From: Methanothrix sp.
GTDB lineage: Archaea; Halobacteriota; Methanosarcinia; Methanotrichales; Methanotrichaceae
Length of the DNA: 64,000 bases
Direction: 5' to 3'
NCBI GenBank assembly: GCA_040770465.1
Contig: JAXGJB010000008.1
Span: 15,275-79,274, forward strand
Positions 19,684 to 29,562 of the stretch are shown piece by piece; the stretch's first letter is position 1; each line of letters opens with the position of its first letter. The notes beneath the pieces are model-generated. The model made no database searches. It was not told where the DNA came from and worked only from the letters and a program-made list of their open reading frames with translations. A program made the translations under genes and the position numbers.

Positions 19684-20754
19684 TTAAGAGTGTGAGTGGT
19701 CGGGCAAGTCGCCGTGTCGGTGGTTTTCAACCCGATGATAAGCCTCCCCGGCGGCCCGAGGCGGATCGACGTGGACGGTGGCGTCGGAGATGTAGGGGAG
19801 GCTGTGATGGAGCATGTGGGTGACTTCCGCGGCTATCTCGTGCCCCCTCTCGACCGAGAGCTCAGGATCGACTATCACGTTGATCTCGGCGTGAAGCCTG
19901 ATCCCCATCCACCTCACCTTCACCTCCGCCACATCCTCGACGCCGGGGGTCCGGGCCGCCGCCGCCCTCACCTCGTCTGCAACCTCCGGGTCGACTCCGT
20001 CTACGAGCCTGGTCAGGACCACCAGCCCAGACTTCCAGCCGATCTGGAGTATGACGGCGGCGATCAAAAGCCCCACCAGAGGGTCCGCCCTGGGGTATCC
20101 GGCAGCGACGCCGAGGGAGCCTAGGAGGACCGCGAGGCTCGTCAGGCCGTCGGCCCGGGCGTGGCGGCCGTCGGCCACCAGGGCGGCGCTGTTGATCTCT
20201 CGGCCCACCTTCATCCGGAAGACTGCCACCGCCTCGTTTCCGGCAAATCCGATCAGCGACGCCAGAATCACCGCCCAAAGAAACTCAATGGATCGGGGCT
20301 GAAAGAGCCTCGAAAGGGACTCGTAACCGGTGAAGACGGCGCTGGCGACAATCATCAGGACGACGACCAGCCCCGCCAGGTCCTCGGCCCGGCCGTATCC
20401 GTAGGTGAACCTCCTCGTGGGAGGACGCTGGCCCAGCCTGAAGGCGACCCAGAGGGGGACGGCCGTCGCCGCGTCTCCCAGGTTGTGGACGGTGTCGGCG
20501 AGGAGGGCCATGCTCCCGGAGAAGAAGACTATCGCCACCTGAAGGAGGGCAGTTGCCAGAAGAGCGACGAAGGAGACCTTGACGGCCCAGATCCCCCTCT
20601 CTGCCGCCAGGAGCGCGGGGTCGGCGGGGGCGTGGGCGTGGAGGTGGAGATGATTTGAGCCGTGGTGATGCTGGTGATGCCTGCCATCCGTGCCGTGGTG
20701 GTCGTCGTTCTTCGAGATCATGCTCGGATCGGAATTGAATCTCTCTTCTGCCAA
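19684..20754 (-). CDS. cation diffusion facilitator transporter with His-rich termini
   Basis: LLADTVHNLGD, FTYGYGRAEDL, ADGRHARAD, His-rich N-terminus; start may be at MISKND. Confidence 0.9.
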   Translation of the reverse strand: MAEERFNSDPSMISKNDDHHGTDGRHHQHHHGSNHLHLHAHAPADPALLAAERGIWAVKVSFVALLATALLQVAIVFFSGSMALLADTVHNLGDAATAVPLWVAFRLGQRPPTRRFTYGYGRAEDLAGLVVVLMIVASAVFTGYESLSRLFQPRSIEFLWAVILASLIGFAGNEAVAVFRMKVGREINSAALVADGRHARADGLTSLAVLLGSLGVAAGYPRADPLVGLLIAAVILQIGWKSGLVVLTRLVDGVDPEVADEVRAAAARTPGVEDVAEVKVRWMGIRLHAEINVIVDPELSVERGHEIAAEVTHMLHHSLPYISDATVHVDPPRAAGEAYHRVENHRHGDLPDHSHS

Positions 20755-20780
20755 TTTAAATTTGACCCGTGCCGACCCCC

Positions 20781-20866
20781 GAAGACGAAGGAGACGGCGA
20801 AGAAGACGGCAAAGTGACGACGAAGATGACGATGAAGATGAGAATGGTGACGAGGATGATTGTGAT
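20781..20866. repeat. low-complexity (GAN)n tract
   Basis: gaagacgaag...gacgacgaagatgacgatgaagatgagaat imperfect trinucleotide run between divergent genes. Confidence 0.5.
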
Positions 20867-20924
20867 CAAGAGAACAGAGAATCCAACGTAAAGTATATCG
20901 AAGTCGAGGCCCAAAAAACCCGGC

Positions 20925-21320
20925 ATGGACCCGACCCTGTTTCTCCTCTTCGGCTTCGTCCTGGCGTCGGCCGTCATCCTTGCCGCGGTCAAGAGGTTCA
21001 TCATCGACAACTCGGACTTCTGGATGTCCATGGGCATCATCCTCGCCGACCGGGGCAGCTACGAATGGGCCGCCCGATGCTGCGGAAGGGCCGTCGGGAT
21101 ATACCCCTTCTACGTCCACGCCTGGAACAACTGGGGGCTCTCCCTCTACGAGCTGGGAAGGTACGAGGAGGCTCTCGAACGGATCGACGAGGCCCTGGCC
21201 CTGAACCCGGACCTCGGCGAGGCCTGGCATAACAGGGGTCTGATCCTGGAGAAGCTCGGCAGGAAGGCGGAGGCTGAGGAGGCTTTCGCGAGGGCCAGAG
21301 GCTTGGGTGCCGGTCTTTGA
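20925..21320 (+). CDS. membrane-anchored tetratricopeptide repeat protein
   Basis: N-terminal TM; AWNNWGLSLYELGRYEEAL, AWHNRGLILEKLGR TPRs. Confidence 0.85.
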   Translation: MDPTLFLLFGFVLASAVILAAVKRFIIDNSDFWMSMGIILADRGSYEWAARCCGRAVGIYPFYVHAWNNWGLSLYELGRYEEALERIDEALALNPDLGEAWHNRGLILEKLGRKAEAEEAFARARGLGAGL

Positions 21321-21362
21321 TGGGTGGTCAAAAGCTTTGTTAAAGGTTTAAAAAGAATAAAT

Positions 21363-21623
21363 ATGATGAATGCATATAGCCAGGCCATGACCTGGAAGAA
21401 GATCACCGACTATTGGGCAGAATGGATGATGGGAGAGAAGAAAAGGGGCAACATCGGCCTCCTCTTCGAAGACGATGGGCGGGTTCTGTACGACCTCTCC
21501 CACGAGAACTTCATCACCGTCCTGAACCTGCTCCAGGGCAAAAAACAGGTATGGTTCGACGACGCGGAAGAGAGCTTCAGGGCCAGCAACGAGGTGCCGA
21601 AGTATTCCTTGGTGGATAAATAG
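21363..21623 (+). CDS. hypothetical protein
   Basis: 86-aa ORF with host-like codon usage, after an AT-rich promoter-like stretch. Confidence 0.6.
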   Translation: MMNAYSQAMTWKKITDYWAEWMMGEKKRGNIGLLFEDDGRVLYDLSHENFITVLNLLQGKKQVWFDDAEESFRASNEVPKYSLVDK

Positions 21624-21747
21624 GGCCGATTCCGCCCTTCCTCCCGGCTGCCCAGCAGACTTTCCCACCAGCGGCGATCCGCATTTCTGGCAGGTCATCG
21701 TCCGGCAGGGAACGCCGGCCACCAGCCGCGTCTCAAGCCGCCATATT

Positions 21748-22293
21748 TCAGATGCCCACCTCCACCCCGGCCCCCTTCAGGAGGACCCGACACCGCTCGC
21801 AAAACCGGGAGCTTTTGAAGTCGGTCTCGTCGATGGAGTTTGAGAAGGCCATGACACACCCCCGGTCTGGACAGTGGGGAAGGCCGAAGACGTGGCCAAG
21901 CTCGTGGACCGCCTCCTTTTTTGCCCTCTCTCTGAAGAGCTCGGGGTTGGGGGATAAGCCATAGAACTCCTGCCGGAGCCTCGCCAGAGATATTATCGCC
22001 CGGCTCCCGCAGGCGAGGCCGAAGATGAAGTTTGTGTCGGCGACGAACATGTCCTCGTCGATCACCCCCAGGACGGCGTCCTCCTCCCCGGCCTTGGGCG
22101 CCGGAAGGGCCGCGAGGACCAACCCTCCCACCAGCTGGCCCCTCTCGGGAACGCAGGCTTTTCCTGGAACGTCGATAGCCGGCCTCAGCTCGACGACGCC
22201 GAAGATCGATCCCAGCTCGCAATCGAGAAAGGCGATGGCGTTCGGGTCGACGGCTCCGACGGGATGAAGGATTATGGTGGTCACGTCCCTCAC
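21748..22293 (-). CDS. amzA: archaemetzincin Zn metalloprotease
   Basis: NFIFGLA, KEAVHELGHVFGLPHC...CVM.FSNS...D.K...FC..C. Confidence 0.92.
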   Translation of the reverse strand: MRDVTTIILHPVGAVDPNAIAFLDCELGSIFGVVELRPAIDVPGKACVPERGQLVGGLVLAALPAPKAGEEDAVLGVIDEDMFVADTNFIFGLACGSRAIISLARLRQEFYGLSPNPELFRERAKKEAVHELGHVFGLPHCPDRGCVMAFSNSIDETDFKSSRFCERCRVLLKGAGVEVGI

Positions 22294-22399
22294 CGCGTCT
22301 TATTATTGACCAGAAAAGATGAGAACGCAGAGATGATCGCACCTCGATCTCCAATTTCTCCGAGCCTCCGAGTCTCAGATTTCTCCAGCTTTATCCCGC

Positions 22400-22540
22400 C
22401 TATTTCTCGGAGAGGGACTTCTGGTAGGCCTTCCAGCCGGGGCACCAGCCGGTGTGCCACTTCCAGATTCTGGCGATCAGGGAATCCGGCTTCGCCTCGG
22501 CCCGCCGCCTGATGGGGCATCTATCGCATGTTGATGACAT
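22400..22540 (-). CDS. small Cys/Trp-rich hypothetical protein (46 aa)
   Basis: MSSTCDRCPIRRRAEAKPDSLIARIWKWHTGWCPGWKAYQKSLSEK; CxxC...H...C potential metal site. Confidence 0.7.
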   Translation of the reverse strand: MSSTCDRCPIRRRAEAKPDSLIARIWKWHTGWCPGWKAYQKSLSEK

Positions 22541-22661
22541 GATATGATGATGGCGCAAATGGTATAAGGAATTTGCGAAGGAAGGTCTGAAAGGCAAGAG
22601 CCAGGAGGCTCGCCCTGAATAGATCGGGAGACGAATTGTCATGATAAGCGTATAAGCGGGG

Positions 22662-23075
22662 TCATGGGAAGTACTCGGCGGGAAGCCTGAGGATGCCAGA
22701 TGCAGCCAGAACCACCACGATCATTGTGTATATCACGGAGACGCAGAGGTCTTTGATCATATCGCCCTTCGAGTATCCCGTCTCCTGCTTCCCCGAGACC
22801 GCCTCCTTTACGCCCCTGTGCATCAATACGAAGCCCAGAATGTTTGTCATCCAGTAGCCTGCAACCATGGCGGGGAGAAAGAGCTCCTCGGAGACGAGGC
22901 CGAAGAGGGCCCCGAAGGCGTAGGCGAGGGGTATGTTCACGAAGAGGTCGTTCCACCAAGAGACGGGCGAGAGCAGATAGCCCACCGTGGCCATAAGGCC
23001 CCCCTTGACCCTATGCTTCCCGATCTCGCGGCCGGCGATCTCGATGGAATCGTTCTCGCTTTCCCCATCCTTCAT
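22662..23075 (-). CDS. hypothetical membrane protein
   Basis: GYLLSPVSWWNDLFVNIPLAY, GYW.TNI.G; multiple TM segments. Confidence 0.75.
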   Translation of the reverse strand: MKDGESENDSIEIAGREIGKHRVKGGLMATVGYLLSPVSWWNDLFVNIPLAYAFGALFGLVSEELFLPAMVAGYWMTNILGFVLMHRGVKEAVSGKQETGYSKGDMIKDLCVSVIYTMIVVVLAASGILRLPAEYFP

Positions 23076-23236
23076 CTCTGAGATTTAGGAGGACTTCCCA
23101 TTTATTCTTTCGTTTCAAAATGCTCGCGGATCAAGCGATCGAAAGAGTTATTGCCGAATATCCCGAAATTCGGAGGAGGTAAGGCGATCTATTCCCATTG
23201 AGACGAATGCAGCATCATCACCTGTGAGCTGAGACC

Positions 23237-23824
23237 ATGTTTGAGATCTCTAAAGTCCAGATGGTGGCCGCCGCGATCCTGGCGGCTCTACTTCTCTGGA
23301 CCCTTTACGGAGCGTTCATGTCCATGAGCGTCAAAGAGCCCCCCTACCAGGTCATCCAGACCCTCGAAGACGGCATCGAGATCAGAGAGTACTCCGACCA
23401 GATCTGGGCAATAACCCTCGCCGAAGACCAGAACCGGGGGTTTGGCCGCCTTTTCAGCTACATCACCGGCGCCAACGATGAGGAGAAGAAGATCGATATG
23501 ACCGCCCCGGTGGTCACCGGGAGCGAAGGCAAAGAGGCGTTCGTGGCCTTCATCATGCCCGAAGGCTTCGATCTTGAGGGGACTCCCCGGCCCAGCGACG
23601 AGAGGGTGAAGATAAAGCTTGTGAAAGGAAGGAGGATGGCGGTCGTCGCCTTCTCAGGATACGCCACCGATGAGAGCCGGAATAGGCACCTCGCCGCCCT
23701 CGAAGAGACCCTGGAGGTCAACGGGATAAAGACTCGAGGCGACCCGATCCTCATGCAGTACAACGACCCCTGGACCCCGCCCTTCATGCGCCGAAACGAG
23801 GTGGGGCTGGAGGTTGGCCTCTGA
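23237..23824 (+). CDS. SOUL heme-binding protein
   Basis: EPPY.V, EIREY, GFGRLFSYI.G.N....I.MTAPV, YNDPWTPPFMRRNEV. Confidence 0.93.
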   Translation: MFEISKVQMVAAAILAALLLWTLYGAFMSMSVKEPPYQVIQTLEDGIEIREYSDQIWAITLAEDQNRGFGRLFSYITGANDEEKKIDMTAPVVTGSEGKEAFVAFIMPEGFDLEGTPRPSDERVKIKLVKGRRMAVVAFSGYATDESRNRHLAALEETLEVNGIKTRGDPILMQYNDPWTPPFMRRNEVGLEVGL

Positions 23825-23883
23825 TCGTATTTTTCAACCGAAATTCGAGATTGAAGTTTGCGACCGGGCAAGAAAGATCGGGG

Positions 23884-24045
23884 TCAGGACTTTTTCAGCC
23901 CACCGAACAGGTTTCCCACCGCCGAAAAGGCCGACTTGACCGAAGAGACGACCTGGTCGTAGAGAAAGACGCCGAAGATTCCGATCAACATGGCCAGGAC
24001 CACGATTCCTATCAAGATTGCTATCACCAAGCTTATCAGGGTCAA
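23884..24045 (-). CDS. small hydrophobic pilin-like/membrane protein (53 aa)
   Basis: GAGGTG RBS then TTG: MTLISLVIAILIGIVVLAMLIGIFGVFLYDQVVSSVKSAFSAVGNLFGGLKKS; not in ORF track. Confidence 0.65.
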   Translation of the reverse strand: MTLISLVIAILIGIVVLAMLIGIFGVFLYDQVVSSVKSAFSAVGNLFGGLKKS

Positions 24046-24335
24046 CTCTTTTTCACCTCGTTGAAGCTTCGTCAGCTATGCGCTCGCGGGAGCGATCCGC
24101 CCTTCCGGGCCGAAAGGGCTTCGTCTCTTTGCCGCCCGGAAAAACGGATCACGAGATTCATAATCGCGACCATCCGAGCCAGAGCCACGGGGTTTCCTTC
24201 GCCCTTATGCCCTCATCCGATAAAAAGGTTTGATGGTACGGCAGTTATCAGCATTACGATCTGCAGTCAGACCGCGTTCTCACCAAAAGCCCGATATACG
24301 ACCTGGGTCATGCGGTCGCCCTAGGCGATAAAATC

Positions 24336-26015
24336 ATGTTGATCGGAATCGATGTCGGCGGAACCACTACAGACGCGGTTCTAATAGACAATGGAAAGGT
24401 AATAAAAACGTCAAAAGTCCCGACCGACCACGACCACCTCCTGGAGTGCCTGATGAGCGCCCTCGACGAGATCGTCCGGGGCGTCTCGCCGAAGATGATC
24501 GAACGGGTCGTTCTCAGCACCACCCTCATCACAAACCTCATCGCCGAGGGGAAGACCGACCCCGTGGCCCTGATCATCGAGCCAGGCCCCGGAATGAACC
24601 CCGAAGGCTACAACCTGGAGGGCGAGGTTCAGATCGTCCGGGGGGCCATCGACTACCGGGGACGAGAGATCCAGCCCCTGGACGAAGGCCAGGTCAAAGA
24701 CGCGGCGGCCAAGATCTCCGAGCGGGGGTACAGGAAGGTGGCGGTGGCGAGCAAGTTCGGGCAGAGAAACCACGCCCACGAGGAGAGGATGCGAGAGATC
24801 GTCCTGGAGGCGAGCCCCGGCTCTACGGTGGAGATGGGCCACCAGGCCTCAGGACGGCTGAACTTTCCAAGAAGGGCGGCGACGACGATGCTGAAGGTCG
24901 CAGCCCAGGATAGATATCGGGAGTTTGCCGACCAGATAGCCAAGGCCATCACCAGCAGGAAGATCGAGGCTCCGATCTACATCCTCAAGGCCGACGGGGG
25001 GACGCTTCCTCTGGAGACGTCCGTCGAGTACCCCGTGGAGACTATATTCTCGGGGCCTGCGGCCAGCACCATGGGAGTTCTCGCCCTCACGCCCCCCGGC
25101 CAGACCTCCGTCGTCGTCGACATCGGCGGGACGACGACCGACCTCGCCCTGATCCTGGACGGGGTTCCGTTGATGTCCTCGGAGGGGGCGAAGGTGAACA
25201 GCTACCTCACCCACATCAGGGCTTTTGCGGTCAAGTCCGTCGCCCTGGGCGGCGATAGCAGAGTGAGAGCCGCAGATGGCGAGGTCACCCTCGGGCCGGA
25301 GAGGGCGGGTCCCGCCCGCTGCCTCGGCGGGCCTGAGCCCACCCCCACCGACGCCATGAGGCTCTTGAACCTGATCTCCATAGGCGAGCGGTCTCTGGCT
25401 GAAGAGGCGATGACGAACCTTGGCAGAGACCTCGGCTGCTCCGCCGGCGAGGCGGCCCAGAAGGTGGTGGACGAGGCCGTCGATATGCTCCTCAGCGAGA
25501 TCAACGGCATGTTCCTCGCCTGGGAGGAGGAGCCCGCCTACCGGGTCTGGGAGATCCTCCAGAAGGAGAAGATCAGGCCCCAGAACGTCGTCGGGGTCGG
25601 CGGCGGGTCCCTGGGGCTCGTCCCCCTGGTGGCAGAGAAGCTCGGCGCCAGAGGGATCATCCCCGAGAACGCCACCGTCGCCAACGCCATCGGAGCCGCC
25701 GTGGCAAGGCCCACCCTCACCCTCACCTTCAGGGCCGATACCGAACGGGGCTTTTACACCGTCGCCGAGGACGGGACGACCGGAGAGGTCAAGGACCGGA
25801 AGTTCGGCCAGAAGGAGGCGGAGGCTCTGGCAAAGAAGCTGATAATCGAGCGGGCCGAAAAGATGGGGATCGGTGAGTACGCCTCGGAGGCAGAGGTGAC
25901 CGCCAGCGAGGTCTTCAACATGGTCCGGGGCTGGTCAACCAGCGGCCGGATCCTGGACGTGGGCATGCAGATTCCGGCGGGGCTCATCCCCGAGTGGACG
26001 GGAGGTGGACGTTGA
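24336..26015 (+). CDS. hydantoinase/oxoprolinase family protein (HyuA-like)
   Basis: GIDVGGTTTD, SGPAAS, DIGGTTTD, PTPTDA, ANAIGAA. Confidence 0.9.
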   Translation: MLIGIDVGGTTTDAVLIDNGKVIKTSKVPTDHDHLLECLMSALDEIVRGVSPKMIERVVLSTTLITNLIAEGKTDPVALIIEPGPGMNPEGYNLEGEVQIVRGAIDYRGREIQPLDEGQVKDAAAKISERGYRKVAVASKFGQRNHAHEERMREIVLEASPGSTVEMGHQASGRLNFPRRAATTMLKVAAQDRYREFADQIAKAITSRKIEAPIYILKADGGTLPLETSVEYPVETIFSGPAASTMGVLALTPPGQTSVVVDIGGTTTDLALILDGVPLMSSEGAKVNSYLTHIRAFAVKSVALGGDSRVRAADGEVTLGPERAGPARCLGGPEPTPTDAMRLLNLISIGERSLAEEAMTNLGRDLGCSAGEAAQKVVDEAVDMLLSEINGMFLAWEEEPAYRVWEILQKEKIRPQNVVGVGGGSLGLVPLVAEKLGARGIIPENATVANAIGAAVARPTLTLTFRADTERGFYTVAEDGTTGEVKDRKFGQKEAEALAKKLIIERAEKMGIGEYASEAEVTASEVFNMVRGWSTSGRILDVGMQIPAGLIPEWTGGGR

Positions 26016-27400
26016 TGACGACTTTGAGAGAGGAAAATAGGGATCGGGCGCGGAAGATGGGGCTGATATTCTTCCCAGCCTTCGACTGGGCGATAACCCC
26101 GACCCACCCGGAGAGGGAGGAGAGGCTCCTCTACACAAGAGACCAGATCTTCGAGGAGGGGCTGATGGACCTCCCGGAGGTCGAGGAGTTCAAGCCCCGC
26201 CTCGCGGAGCTGAAGGACATCGCTCGGGTCCACTTCTGCATACCCTCCGTCGAGTCTCTGGTCACCGAGGCTCACCTCATCGCCGCGGGGTCGACCCTCG
26301 TCCTCGCCGACGCCTACATGAAAAAAGAGATCACCAACGCCTTCGCCCTGGTGAGGCCGCCGGGCCATCACTCCATGAGGGTCGCCCACGGGAACCGCGG
26401 GTTCTGCAACGTCAACAACGAGGCGATAATGGTCGAGTACATCCGCCGAAAGTACGGGATCAGGCGGGTGGCGATCATCGACACCGACGTCCACCACGGC
26501 GACGGGACCCAGGAGATCTTCTACCACGACCCCGACGTCCTCTTCATATCCTTCCACCAGGACGGAAGGACCCTCTATCCGGGGTCGGGGTTCGTCGACG
26601 AGCAGGGCGGCCCCAAGGCGATCGGAAGGACGATCAACATACCCCTCCCCCCCGAGACCCCCGACGAGGGGATCCACTACGTCCTGGAGGAGCTTGTCCT
26701 ACCGATCCTGAAGGAGTTTCGGCCCCAGCTGGTCGTCAACTCCGCAGGCCAGGACAACCACTACACCGACCCCCTGGCCAACATGCGGTTTTCAGCCCAG
26801 GGGTACGCGAAGCTGAACGAGATGCTCGCCCCCGACATCGCCGTCCTGGAGGGGGGGTACGCCATCGAGTCGGCCCTCCCCTACGTCAACTGCGGGATAA
26901 TCCTGGCCATGGCCGGTCTCGACTACTCGAACGTGAGGGAGCCCGACTACGTCCCCGGAAGGTTTTCGATGTCGAGGACCATGGAGGCGAATATCACGGG
27001 GACGGTCGAGTACCTCCAGGGGATCTGGGATGCAAGAGAAGAATTGACTGCGACGGCCGTCGAGAGGGCGGGGCCCTTCTTCCGGAGGCGGAAGAACATC
27101 TTCTACGACACCGACGGGATCCGGGAGAAGCAGACCGAGTCGGTGAAGATGTGCCCCGACAAGAGCTGTCCCGGCTACATGACCATCGACACCGACGCCG
27201 TCAGGGGTTACGGGTCGTCAGATAGCGGGTTTGGGGTCTTTGTTCCCCTATTCGCCTGCAAGCGGTGTCGCGAGGAGGCGAGGGAGGAGTACGAGGCCCA
27301 CAAGACCGACTCCCGGTACAACTACATCTACTTCCAGGACAAGAACACCGACAACTTCCGGCTCTACAGTACCAGGATGCACAACGAGCGGGTCTATTGA
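26015..27400 (+). CDS. histone deacetylase family protein with Cys-rich C-terminal extension
   Basis: HPER, RPPGHH, GFC..NN, DTDVHHGDGTQ, SAGQD, LEGGY; TGATG overlap with the upstream gene. Confidence 0.9.
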   Translation: MTTLREENRDRARKMGLIFFPAFDWAITPTHPEREERLLYTRDQIFEEGLMDLPEVEEFKPRLAELKDIARVHFCIPSVESLVTEAHLIAAGSTLVLADAYMKKEITNAFALVRPPGHHSMRVAHGNRGFCNVNNEAIMVEYIRRKYGIRRVAIIDTDVHHGDGTQEIFYHDPDVLFISFHQDGRTLYPGSGFVDEQGGPKAIGRTINIPLPPETPDEGIHYVLEELVLPILKEFRPQLVVNSAGQDNHYTDPLANMRFSAQGYAKLNEMLAPDIAVLEGGYAIESALPYVNCGIILAMAGLDYSNVREPDYVPGRFSMSRTMEANITGTVEYLQGIWDAREELTATAVERAGPFFRRRKNIFYDTDGIREKQTESVKMCPDKSCPGYMTIDTDAVRGYGSSDSGFGVFVPLFACKRCREEAREEYEAHKTDSRYNYIYFQDKNTDNFRLYSTRMHNERVY

Positions 27401-27695
27401 AGTAGAGAAGTAGAGGCAGCGGGAAAAATCCCGCCCGGTCGGGGGGCGGGATGAGGTGAGGGCCACGGGCGGCGGGGCCGAGTCCGGCGCCCTTCGGCCT
27501 CACACCACCCGCCGCCAAATCTGCCAACTGCGACAAGATGCACTACGATTTAGCAGTCTTCGACCCGTCCATCTCCGTCCATCTAATTCTGATGAGATCG
27601 GATGCTCCAACTTGTTCTTCTTCGCTGAACCGCAAAGGTGGAAAACGGCCCAAAGCTCTATAATCTGCGAAGCTAAAATATATAGACTGATCAGC

Positions 27696-27968
27696 ATGGC
27701 GAAACTACAAGGCGAGGCTGGAAAGACCTCCATGAAATTCAGCCCGGAGAAGGGCTTCAAAGAGTTTAAACAGAAGTTCACCCTGACCAACTCTGAGGCG
27801 GCAGCTTTTCTCAGGGATCTCGCCAAGGAGATGGAAGCGGGAGGCGAAGTGGAGATCTCTCACCACGGCGCGTCCATTTCCGTCGATCCTGAGTCCCCCA
27901 TAAAGCTTGAAGTGGAACTGGAGGACGATGAGATTGAGATCGAGATAAAGCTCAGGGCGAGATCGTGA
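27696..27968 (+). CDS. amphi-Trp domain-like protein
   Basis: LTNSEAAAFLRDLAKEME.G...I.LEVELE..EIEIEIK. Confidence 0.75.
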   Translation: MAKLQGEAGKTSMKFSPEKGFKEFKQKFTLTNSEAAAFLRDLAKEMEAGGEVEISHHGASISVDPESPIKLEVELEDDEIEIEIKLRARS

Positions 27969-27998
27969 AGATGTGGCGCTGCAGCGAGAACGCTGACT

Positions 27999-28517
27999 AT
28001 GGCTGGTGATGATGTGAAGGAAAAAGAAGGCGAGATCAGGGAGATTCGGATCGCCTCCTGGCGGCGGAGGCTGGGGGCCTGGCTGATCGACATAATCCTG
28101 GTGGGAATTCTGTGGGACGTTCTGGCGGGCGTAGCCGGCATCGCCGGAGCATTTCACGTCTTCGGCTTTTGGCCCATGCACGGCCCCTTCTTCCACCACT
28201 GGTTCGTGAACATCGGGTCTGACGACGCCCTCGTCCTCTTCGTCTACTGGACGCTGATGGAGGGGTATCGGGGCCAGTCCATCGGGAAGATGGCTCTGGG
28301 GCTGAAGGTCACCGACAGAAAGGGAGACGAGATCGACATCCCGCGGGCCGCCATCGAGAGCTTCGGGAAGGTCTTCCTCCTGCCCCTGGACTGCCTCATC
28401 GGCTGGATTGCGGTTCCGGGGTCGGGGCAGAGGCTCTTCAACCGGCTCTCGGAGACTATCGTCGTCCTCGTCAACGAGGCGGCGCCGGAGGGGGTCCGCT
28501 ACGTGAGGCCGGAGTAG
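27999..28517 (+). CDS. RDD family protein
   Basis: ASWRRRLGAWLID, GQSIGKMALGLKV, QRLFNRLS.TIVV. Confidence 0.9.
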   Translation: MAGDDVKEKEGEIREIRIASWRRRLGAWLIDIILVGILWDVLAGVAGIAGAFHVFGFWPMHGPFFHHWFVNIGSDDALVLFVYWTLMEGYRGQSIGKMALGLKVTDRKGDEIDIPRAAIESFGKVFLLPLDCLIGWIAVPGSGQRLFNRLSETIVVLVNEAAPEGVRYVRPE

Positions 28518-28623
28518 CGGGCGTTTTCCCCTTGGCCCCACCTCGCCTTCCTCCCCCTCCATCTCGCATTTCTGTTCGTGATGCCTGGTGGGCTTCTAAT
28601 ACTATAAACGAGCAGTAATCTTC

Positions 28624-28857
28624 ATGGGAACACTGACCTACAGGATCCTTCTCAAAAAGGAGTCGGAAGGCGGCTACACCGTCACCGTCCCATCCCTTCC
28701 AGGGTGCGTCACCTATGGTGACGCCATCGAGGAGGCGGTGGAGATGGCAAGAGAGGCGATTGAGCTCTATCTTGAGAGCCTCAGAGAGCACGGTGAAGAG
28801 ATTCCGACCGAAGAGGAGACTCTGGAGCGAATCCTATCGGTAGAGGCCCATGCCTAA
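28624..28857 (+). CDS. hicB: HicB antitoxin
   Basis: GGYTVTVPSLPGCVTYGD.IEEA.EMAREAI. Confidence 0.9.
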   Translation: MGTLTYRILLKKESEGGYTVTVPSLPGCVTYGDAIEEAVEMAREAIELYLESLREHGEEIPTEEETLERILSVEAHA

Positions 28858-29074
28858 AGTGCCAGCCCTCACACCTCAGAAGATAGCGAAGGTGCTGGAG
28901 AAGAAAGGTTTCGTCCTCGACAGGACAAGCGGAAGCCACCGCATTTATTACAATCCCGAGGCGAAGTGCAGAGTTGTGGTTCCTTTCCACAAAAAAGATC
29001 TTCCAAGGGGAACCGCCCTCGCCATTCTAAAACAGGCAGGCATCAGCAGAGAAGATCTGGATGACCTGCTCTAA
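28850..29074 (+). CDS. hicA: HicA toxin
   Basis: LEKKGF...RTSGSH.IY....VVVPFH..DL..GT..AILKQAG; overlaps hicB. Confidence 0.9.
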   Translation: MPKVPALTPQKIAKVLEKKGFVLDRTSGSHRIYYNPEAKCRVVVPFHKKDLPRGTALAILKQAGISREDLDDLL

Positions 29075-29114
29075 GCGCTCAAATATTCAAAGTTGATCGC
29101 CGAGCCCCGCTTAC

Positions 29115-29534
29115 TCAGCCCAGCGTCTCCTCGATCCATGCCTCGATCGCGTCCCTCACGTCCCGGAAGGCACAGAGCCGCTCCTCCTCGGTCCCGGCGG
29201 CGGCAGCGGGGTCGGGGAAGCTCTGGTGGACCCGCTTCCCGCCGCCGGGGAAGAAGGGGCAGGCCTCCCTCGCCCGATCGCAGACCGTCACCACCAGGTC
29301 GAACTCGGCGCCCCGAAACTCATCCAGGCTCTTGGACCGGTGGCCCGAGATGTCGACGCCCCGCTCCGCCATCGCCCTGATGGCGAGGGGGTGGACCTCG
29401 GTCGGGAAGGTTCCGGCGCTGAACACCTCGTAGCGATCGCCGTGCAGGTGGCGCAGCAGCCCCTCGGCCATCTGGGAGCGGGCCGAGTTGTTGGTGCAGA
29501 CGAAGAGGACGCGGGGTTTGGTGGTGGGGGACAT
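29115..29534 (-). CDS. arsC: arsenate reductase ArsC (LMW-PTP fold)
   Basis: [35 protein letters not shown]. Confidence 0.9.
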   Translation of the reverse strand: MSPTTKPRVLFVCTNNSARSQMAEGLLRHLHGDRYEVFSAGTFPTEVHPLAIRAMAERGVDISGHRSKSLDEFRGAEFDLVVTVCDRAREACPFFPGGGKRVHQSFPDPAAAAGTEEERLCAFRDVRDAIEAWIEETLG

Positions 29535-29562
29535 AATTTGAGCCTACTGATAACGTCTCGTC

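Noticed and set aside
20718-20900. His-rich reading (DHNHPRHHSHLHRH) upstream of the CDF gene as a metal-sensing leader or frameshifted extension
   Set aside because: Out of frame with the CDF, no plausible start or RBS, and explained by the (GAN)n low-complexity tract
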